From: Candidatus Kapaibacterium sp.
Lineage (GTDB): Bacteria; Bacteroidota; Ignavibacteria; Kapaibacteriales; UBA2268
NCBI GenBank assembly: GCA_038218865.1
Contig: JBBRJR010000001.1
Span: forward strand, 1 to 31,255
Direction: 5' to 3'
Length of the DNA: 31,255 nucleotides
The notes under the pieces were generated by a model. The model worked only from the letters and a program-made list of their open reading frames with translations, did not search any database and was not told the DNA's origin. Shown here in pieces: positions 25,251-31,255 of this stretch. Within the stretch, counting starts at the first letter, position 1. The number at the start of each line of letters is the position of its first letter. Both the position numbers and the translations under genes were made by a program.

Positions 25251-28004
25251 TTATTTCTCGTTGTACCTTATTTCAATTTTTAAAATACTTTGCGATTCCG
25301 GTTTTACTTTGAATTTTTCACTAATTCGCTTGCCGAGTATCCAAATTATCTCTGTTTGAGCAGCCAAAACCAAAACATTTTGTCTATCAACAAAATCTAC
25401 TTTTTCATTAGTTAAAAAATCGGTTATTTTCATCGTACCTGTCATACCGAGTGGCTTAAATACGTCTCCCTCTTGCCAAGTACGCAAAAATAAAGCCGGT
25501 GGCACGCTTTGCATATCAAAATATTCTACATTTGGATTCTTACTGAATTCCATTTGCTTTCTGGTAACTTCTTTGAGAACAATTGTAATATTGCTAACTT
25601 TGAACTTCCCTATTCTATCAATTACCGTGTTTATTTCTTTCAAATATTGCTTTCTGGCAAAAACAATAGTGTTTCTGTCCCTGATAGCAGTAATTGTTTT
25701 AGTAACTTCGCACTTGGCGCCAATTTCTGAATCTTGTAGCGCCACGACTCTATCGATAGATTTCAGCGAAGGCAACTGCACTCGCAAGTATTTCATCAAA
25801 GCGGATTGTATCATCTCGCCTTGGATGAAGCGGTCGAATGTTTGGAAAATCGGCAGCTTGATTGTAAATTTATCAGTTTGGACGTCTGTCAATACGTTAG
25901 GCAAATTATTTCGTACGTAGCCATGGATAATCCTATCGGCTCCTTGCATCAGCTTGGATGTACGATTTATAATTTCCACAATCTTTGGATTGTAATCATT
26001 TTTTAGTTTTGGAATAAGGTCATGCCGTACTCTATTACGTGTATATCCCTGTAAAGAGTTAGTTTCATCTTCGTGCCATTTTATCTTACGTAATTTCGCA
26101 TATTTGATAAGCGTTGCTTTGTCGAAATTTATGAACGGTCGGATAAGAAGTACGTCCTTTACAAATTGCCTGCGGAAAGGTATGCCGCTTAAGCCAGTCA
26201 GCCCCGCCCCGCGGAGTAAATTCATTAGGAATGTCTCGGCTGAATCATCGGAAGTATGCGCAGTGGCAACGAAATCTGAATTTAAATTGCGCGAGGTACG
26301 CTCCAAAAAGCTATAACGTAAAAATCGAGCTGCCGCTTCTATGCTGACCGCATTCTTTTCGGCATAAGTGCGAACTTTTCCGCCTGCTACGTAAACCGGC
26401 AAATTATACGCTGCCGCCACGTCTGAAACAAATTGCTGGTCATTATCGCTCGAATCGCCGCGTAAATTATGATTGTAATGTGCTACGAAAATGCTGAATT
26501 TATACTTATCCGACAGCAAAGCCAATATATCGAGCAAAACTATAGAATCGACGCCACCACTGACGGCAACCACTATTTTTGACGATCTATCGACATACAT
26601 TTCATGTATTAAAAAATGCTCTACATCCGACAAAAATTTGGTTATAAACTCATTTTTTTTCTCCTCGACAGTAAGCAGTTTTTCCGGTGCAATTGTATAC
26701 AAATCTACCAGCGGCTCAATGGTTTTCATTCGAACTGGCGGTGTTGCTGGTTCTTGGTTGAATTTGGAAACAATAGCATCTTTTATGGACGAACTCGCTG
26801 TTTCTTTTTCTTCTTCACTAACAGGCTTTGGCTTATTATTTTCGTCCTTAGTTACTACGATAAATTGATTCTTCTTAGTTTTTTTGCCTCTTCTTTTTTT
26901 GCTCTTTCTAACTTTATCAAGTATCGATTCTTCACTTTCAGGAATTTCTTTATCCTTAGCATCATCTTGTTCGCCATCGGTGGGTTCAGTTTTGTCAATC
27001 TCTCGATTTGCCTTTTCGCCTTCGATCCCTTCGCTCGAAACAGATTTTTCGTGTTTGATTTGCTCTGACGGAATGCCGTCTGATGCCTCCCCAGTCGGCT
27101 CGTTTTCATCAATTACAATAGGCAGCAATGTTGTCTTTTTCGGTCTTCCACCTCTTTTTTTGCGAGTGTGGGGTTGCTCTTTGTTTGCCACCTCAGACGA
27201 AGGTACGACATTTTTCGCATTTTCCAAGCCTTCGGGTTTAGAAAGCTCAGAGCCTTTTTCACTACTTTCGTCTGTTGAAAAAGTTTTCTTACGACTTTCT
27301 TGCAACGTCGCCTGTTCGCTTGCTCGCAAGTTTTCAGACCTCTTTTCAGGAGTGCCGCTCAAAGGCAATTTTTTCTCATCATCAACTGGATTAGGCGAAA
27401 TTACGGTTTGTGTTTCCTTAGCTTGCCTTGCTTTATTATCTTGAGGTTTACCAACATTTTTTTTGGGTCTGCCGGGACGTCCTTTAGCAGGCTTAGAAGT
27501 TTCGGTTATCGCTTTTTTCGTTTCAATTGGCAAATTAGCAGTTTCGCTTTCTTCTTTTACCATTGGCGACGTAACGTGCAAATCTGTTTGAATGTGTTTT
27601 TTCGGAGGTCTGCCCGGACGCCTTTTCAGCTTAATTTCTATTGAATGACTAATATTTTTAATATCTTTTTGCAATGAAACTTTTTCGGAAGGAATATTTT
27701 TCTCTGCCGAATCATTAGAAACTACTGCAATGGGTTTGTCAGCGTTCTTAGCGTTATTTGCATTTATTTTTTTTGAATCACTCGTTTTATCAACGATTGA
27801 TTCCTCTTTTTTTATTTTTGGTGGTCTTCCGGGTTTTCTTTTTGCAGACGTCGTAGCCTCAGTACCAAATTTTCTTTTCCGCGAATTATTTTTTTGGGGC
27901 TTCGCTTCGTCCACGGGAGTTACTTCATCAGCGGCAAGGAATAATATTTCTTCATCGGTCAACCTTTTGGCTGATGAATACTTTTTTTTGGATAAATTTT
28001 TCAT
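25251..28004 (-). CDS. tilS: tRNA(Ile)-lysidine synthase with a ~450-aa N-terminal low-complexity extension bearing AT-hook-like motifs
   Basis: PP-loop VAVSGGVDS (Ser482), HYNHNLRG, EAAARFLRY, TAHTSDDSAET, LIRPF, DETN...YTRNRVR, TilS C-domain RTWQEGDVFKPLGM. One uninterrupted 917-aa frame with an AGGGG SD before ATG 28004. Confidence 0.93.
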   Translation of the reverse strand: MKNLSKKKYSSAKRLTDEEILFLAADEVTPVDEAKPQKNNSRKRKFGTEATTSAKRKPGRPPKIKKEESIVDKTSDSKKINANNAKNADKPIAVVSNDSAEKNIPSEKVSLQKDIKNISHSIEIKLKRRPGRPPKKHIQTDLHVTSPMVKEESETANLPIETKKAITETSKPAKGRPGRPKKNVGKPQDNKARQAKETQTVISPNPVDDEKKLPLSGTPEKRSENLRASEQATLQESRKKTFSTDESSEKGSELSKPEGLENAKNVVPSSEVANKEQPHTRKKRGGRPKKTTLLPIVIDENEPTGEASDGIPSEQIKHEKSVSSEGIEGEKANREIDKTEPTDGEQDDAKDKEIPESEESILDKVRKSKKRRGKKTKKNQFIVVTKDENNKPKPVSEEEKETASSSIKDAIVSKFNQEPATPPVRMKTIEPLVDLYTIAPEKLLTVEEKKNEFITKFLSDVEHFLIHEMYVDRSSKIVVAVSGGVDSIVLLDILALLSDKYKFSIFVAHYNHNLRGDSSDNDQQFVSDVAAAYNLPVYVAGGKVRTYAEKNAVSIEAAARFLRYSFLERTSRNLNSDFVATAHTSDDSAETFLMNLLRGAGLTGLSGIPFRRQFVKDVLLIRPFINFDKATLIKYAKLRKIKWHEDETNSLQGYTRNRVRHDLIPKLKNDYNPKIVEIINRTSKLMQGADRIIHGYVRNNLPNVLTDVQTDKFTIKLPIFQTFDRFIQGEMIQSALMKYLRVQLPSLKSIDRVVALQDSEIGAKCEVTKTITAIRDRNTIVFARKQYLKEINTVIDRIGKFKVSNITIVLKEVTRKQMEFSKNPNVEYFDMQSVPPALFLRTWQEGDVFKPLGMTGTMKITDFLTNEKVDFVDRQNVLVLAAQTEIIWILGKRISEKFKVKPESQSILKIEIRYNEK

Positions 28005-28290
28005 TCTGTCCCCTTTTAATAATATACTAAAATAAATAACGTTTAAATAATAAAAATAACTTTATTTATTATGAACTTGTTTAGATTTTAGTATAGCTTA
28101 GCAATAACTGTTTATATAATACGATTATATGTAATAATATATATTACAAATATATGATAATTATTTGAAAATATTAATAAATATTTTATAATAAAAAAAA
28201 TTAAAAAACATATTGCCATTAAGCAATATATCGAATTTTAATTCGTTTATAAATTAAAATTATTTTACAATATTACAAGGAATAACTAAG

Positions 28291-28674
28291 ATGGAATTTT
28301 TAACAAAAGAGACATTTACCGAAAAAGTATTTGATTTTGAAAAAAGTCAAGAATGGCAGTTCAAAGGTACAAAGCCAGCAATCATCGATTTTTACGCTGA
28401 TTGGTGCGGCCCCTGCAAAATGGTAGCTCCGATATTGGAGGAACTTTCCAATGAATACAACGGACTAGTAGATATATATAAAATTGATACCGAAGAACAG
28501 CAAGAGCTTGCCGCTATGTTTGGCATACGAAGCATACCTTCAATTTTATTTATCCCGATGGACGATAAACCGCAAATGGCAGTCGGCGCAATCCCGAAAG
28601 AAGGCTTTATAAAAGCGATTGAAGACATTTTTAGTGTAAAAAATCCTAATCAAAGCAATATTATATTAAATTAA
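28291..28674 (+). CDS. trxA: Thioredoxin
   Basis: IDFYADWCGPCK active site and cis-Pro loop IRSIPS. AAGGA SD. Confidence 0.96.
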   Translation: MEFLTKETFTEKVFDFEKSQEWQFKGTKPAIIDFYADWCGPCKMVAPILEELSNEYNGLVDIYKIDTEEQQELAAMFGIRSIPSILFIPMDDKPQMAVGAIPKEGFIKAIEDIFSVKNPNQSNIILN

Positions 28675-28712
28675 TTTATAATATTTATATTTAATTTAAT
28701 GTTTTAAATTTT

Positions 28713-28751
28713 AAAAAAAAGCAATTCTGACCCCGAAGAATTGCTTTTTTT
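28713..28751 (+). terminator. Rho-independent terminator after trxA
   Basis: A8-GCAATTCT-gaccccga-AGAATTGC-T7. Confidence 0.88.
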
Positions 28752-28994
28752 GCACTTTTTATATATAAATCATTAAATAATTCATTTTTTAGTTGAACGG
28801 ACATATATCCAAGAAAACATATAAATTACTTATCAGATAGAAATTGTAAAATTATCGATTTTTTATATACGAGAATTTTTGTAATTTTACTATTTTGTAA
28901 TCATCATAAAAGATAAAACTTTTTATTGATGAATATTAAATGATATAGACCTGAATTTTGATATAAAATAAAAAATATATTTGGAGTTATAAAA

Positions 28995-29804
28995 ATGGTT
29001 GATAGAAATTTATACGCACTAATATTGGGCGTTTCGAGCGGATTTGGTCGTGCGTGCGCTGTTGAACTAGCACGAATCGGCTACAATATTTATGGTGTCC
29101 ATTTGGATACCGGCACTAATAAAGAAAAAACGGAAGAATTTCGCCGCGGTTTGGAGCAGTTGAATATAAAAGCTACTTTTTTCAACGTAAACGCTGCCGA
29201 TGACCAAAAGCGGAAAGAAATTATCCAAGTCATTAGTGATAATCAGGCTGCCAACCCGAAGCAGGTTTTGCGCGTACTTATTCACTCGCTGGCTTTTGGC
29301 GCTATTCGTCCTTTTTTCTCGGAGAATTCGGAAGAAATGGTAAATAAAAGGCAAATCGAAATGACAATGGACGTGATGAGTAATAGCCTTGTTTATTGGG
29401 CACAAGACTTGTTTAAATTACGTTTGCTGGCAGAAAATTCCCGTATTTTCGGTCTGACAAGCATCGGTGGCTCGCGTGCTATGGCAAATTACGGCGCTGT
29501 TTCGGCTGCCAAAGCATCTCTCGAAGCCTACATACGCCAAATTGCTGTCGAGCTTGCGCCTTACAAAATTACTGCTAATGCAATCTTGGCAGGCTTGACC
29601 GACACGCCTGCTGCACAGAAAATTCCCGGCTTCCCGAAAATGCTGAAACACGCTAAGCAACACAATCCTTTTAACAGAAACACTGTTCCAGAAGACGTGG
29701 CACAAGCTATTTCTTTGCTGATTGACGAGAAATTTTATTGGATAACCGGACAAACTATCGGCGTCGATGGCGGCGAAAATATCCTTAATTTTATTGAGTC
29801 ATAA
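28995..29804 (+). CDS. Enoyl-ACP reductase-like SDR (FabL/FabI type)
   Basis: LILGVSSGFG, IHSLAFG, Y-x6-K motif NYGAVSAAK, VELAPYKITANAI, WITGQTIGVDGG. Confidence 0.85.
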   Translation: MVDRNLYALILGVSSGFGRACAVELARIGYNIYGVHLDTGTNKEKTEEFRRGLEQLNIKATFFNVNAADDQKRKEIIQVISDNQAANPKQVLRVLIHSLAFGAIRPFFSENSEEMVNKRQIEMTMDVMSNSLVYWAQDLFKLRLLAENSRIFGLTSIGGSRAMANYGAVSAAKASLEAYIRQIAVELAPYKITANAILAGLTDTPAAQKIPGFPKMLKHAKQHNPFNRNTVPEDVAQAISLLIDEKFYWITGQTIGVDGGENILNFIES

Positions 29805-29900
29805 TATTTGATTGAAATAAAATTTATATGATTTAGCATATTTTATAAAAAATGTTTTTTTGAATCTTACTTTTGAAAATAATTATATTAGGTTTTTTGT

Positions 29901-31043
29901 ATGTTTGAACTCACTTTTTCCGAAGAGCAACAAATGCTCCGCGACATGGTTCGCGATTTTGCGAACAACGAATTAAAGCCCATAGCGGCTCAAATCGATG
30001 AAAATGAAGAAATCCCAATGGATATCATCAAAAAGATCGGTGAACTCGGTCTTTTAGGTGCTGCTTTCCCCGTTGAGTACGGCGGAAGCGGTTTTGGTGA
30101 ATTTGGCTATTGCATTGTCCAAGAAGAAATAGGCCGTGCCTGCCTTTCGACTGCTACAATGATTGGCGCACACGTATCTATCGGCACAAATTCGATTTAT
30201 ATCGGTGGCAACGAAGATTTAAAGCAACGTTACGTCGTGCCTTGCGCCCAAGGCGAAAAAATAGCTGCTTTCGCTTTGACCGAGTCGCAAGCCGGCTCTG
30301 ACGCTTTCGACGTTAGCACAAAAGCCGAAAAAGACGGCAACGAATGGATTATAAACGGCGAGAAAATGTGGATTACAAACGGTCCTTTCGCTGACGTTTT
30401 TGCTGTTTACGCAAGAACCAAACGCGGCATCACTGCTTTCGTTGTGGAAAAAGGCGCTCCCGGATTTTCAGCCGGCGAGCCAGAGAAAAAATTAGGCATA
30501 CGCGGAAGCAAAACTTCCACGCTGTCCTTCGATAACGTTCGCGTTCCACAAGAAAATATGATTGGCGACGAAGGTCGCGGATTTTTGATTTCCATGAAAA
30601 CACTTGACGCTGGACGTTTGGGCTTAGGCGCTGCTTGCTTGGGCGCATGCAAGGAATTGCTCGAGATGAGCGTCCGCTATGCCAAAGAACGCAAACAATT
30701 TAACGAGCCAATCGCTAATTTCCAAGCTGTACAATTCATGATTTCCGATATGGCGGCGCTGATATATCAAGTAGAATCTTTGGTTTATCGGACAGCTTCG
30801 CTTTACGACCAAGGCACAATGCTCAGCCGACAATCAGCTATGGTAAAACTCGCTGCCAGCGAAGCTTTGGACAGATGCGTCGATCACGCTATGCAAATAC
30901 ACGGCGGCATGGGCTACTCCCGTGAGCTACCAATCGAAAGATTTTATCGCGATTCGCGCATTAACCGCATTTTCGAAGGCACCACCGAAATACAAAAACT
31001 CGTTATCGCCCGCGATATTATCAAACGCAACGGAATAATGTAG
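29901..31043 (+). CDS. Acyl-CoA dehydrogenase (short/branched-chain type)
   Basis: FALTESQAGSDA, INGEKMWITNG, KKLGIRGS, TLDAGRLG, QIHGGMGY, RIFEGTTEIQ. Confidence 0.95.
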   Translation: MFELTFSEEQQMLRDMVRDFANNELKPIAAQIDENEEIPMDIIKKIGELGLLGAAFPVEYGGSGFGEFGYCIVQEEIGRACLSTATMIGAHVSIGTNSIYIGGNEDLKQRYVVPCAQGEKIAAFALTESQAGSDAFDVSTKAEKDGNEWIINGEKMWITNGPFADVFAVYARTKRGITAFVVEKGAPGFSAGEPEKKLGIRGSKTSTLSFDNVRVPQENMIGDEGRGFLISMKTLDAGRLGLGAACLGACKELLEMSVRYAKERKQFNEPIANFQAVQFMISDMAALIYQVESLVYRTASLYDQGTMLSRQSAMVKLAASEALDRCVDHAMQIHGGMGYSRELPIERFYRDSRINRIFEGTTEIQKLVIARDIIKRNGIM

Positions 31044-31255
31044 TTTCTTAGTTGTCGGTTATCGGTTTTCAGTTTTCAGTTGTCAGTTTTCGGTAAAGAC
31101 GAATAGGCAGCAGGAAAGAAAGGCATTGGGCAGTAGGCTTTAGGCGTTGGGAAATGAAATCCCTAGATGTGGCTGTCTCATAAGGTATTAATTTGAGTAA
31201 TATGGTCAGACAAGAATGTCCGACCTACCGATAATGCATGAGTTAGTAGGATAGA
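31044..31255. repeat. Composite intergenic repeat cluster E (runs to the window edge)
   Basis: Seven tandem heptamers 31048-31096, AGGC-rich units ~31105-31150, AGATGT followed by GGCTGTCTCATAA (31165-31183), and a GTAG-footed hairpin 31205-31228 on the minus strand. Confidence 0.85.

Noticed and set aside
26491-28035. Several plus-strand ORFs (up to 186 aa) opposite the tilS extension
   Set aside because: S/F/L-rich antisense read-through typical of the complement of K/E-rich coding DNA; the minus frame is continuous with TilS.
28005-28290. Extremely AT-rich tract as a foreign island or replication origin
   Set aside because: Similar AT-richness occurs in all divergent promoter spacers here; no DnaA-box cluster or mobility gene seen.
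1-31255. tRNA/rRNA genes, transposases, integrases, defence systems
   Set aside because: No cloverleaf or rRNA-like segments recognised, and every long ORF is accounted for by a non-mobile family.

Overview
An ordinary-looking chromosomal housekeeping window from an FCB-group bacterium. The T9SS C-terminal domain, S46 peptidase, TAnnTTTG-type promoter and clear Shine-Dalgarno use suggest an Ignavibacteria/Kapabacteria-like lineage, which is an inference. It holds 23 supportable CDSs: clpC (3'-truncated by the window edge and missing from the ORF track), an acidic hypothetical protein, clpS, a receiver-domain protein, a lipoprotein, a CNNM/CBS protein, an OsmC-family protein, lpdA, an S46 dipeptidyl peptidase, a succinate/acetate CoA-transferase, a Usp, a HAD hydrolase, an M20 dipeptidase, a YdfG-like SDR, a TPR sensor kinase, a YhdH/AcuI reductase, an Omp28-like T9SS protein, truA, hpt, tilS, trxA, a FabL-like enoyl-ACP reductase and an acyl-CoA dehydrogenase. 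I saw no tRNA, rRNA, CRISPR array, transposase or integrase. Three things stand out. (1) TilS carries a ~450-aa low-complexity N-terminal extension with four AT-hook-like motifs and sits directly upstream of hpt. (2) Five intergenic regions, all directly downstream of a gene's 3' end, are built from shared modules: 7-bp tandem arrays, GTAG-type REP hairpins, AGATGT hairpins, C/G-run palindromes and MITE-like ends. (3) ClpS has an NDE-x-H pocket motif resembling the ClpS-like domain of eukaryotic UBR1/2, and an acidic CxCG protein lies between clpS and clpC.
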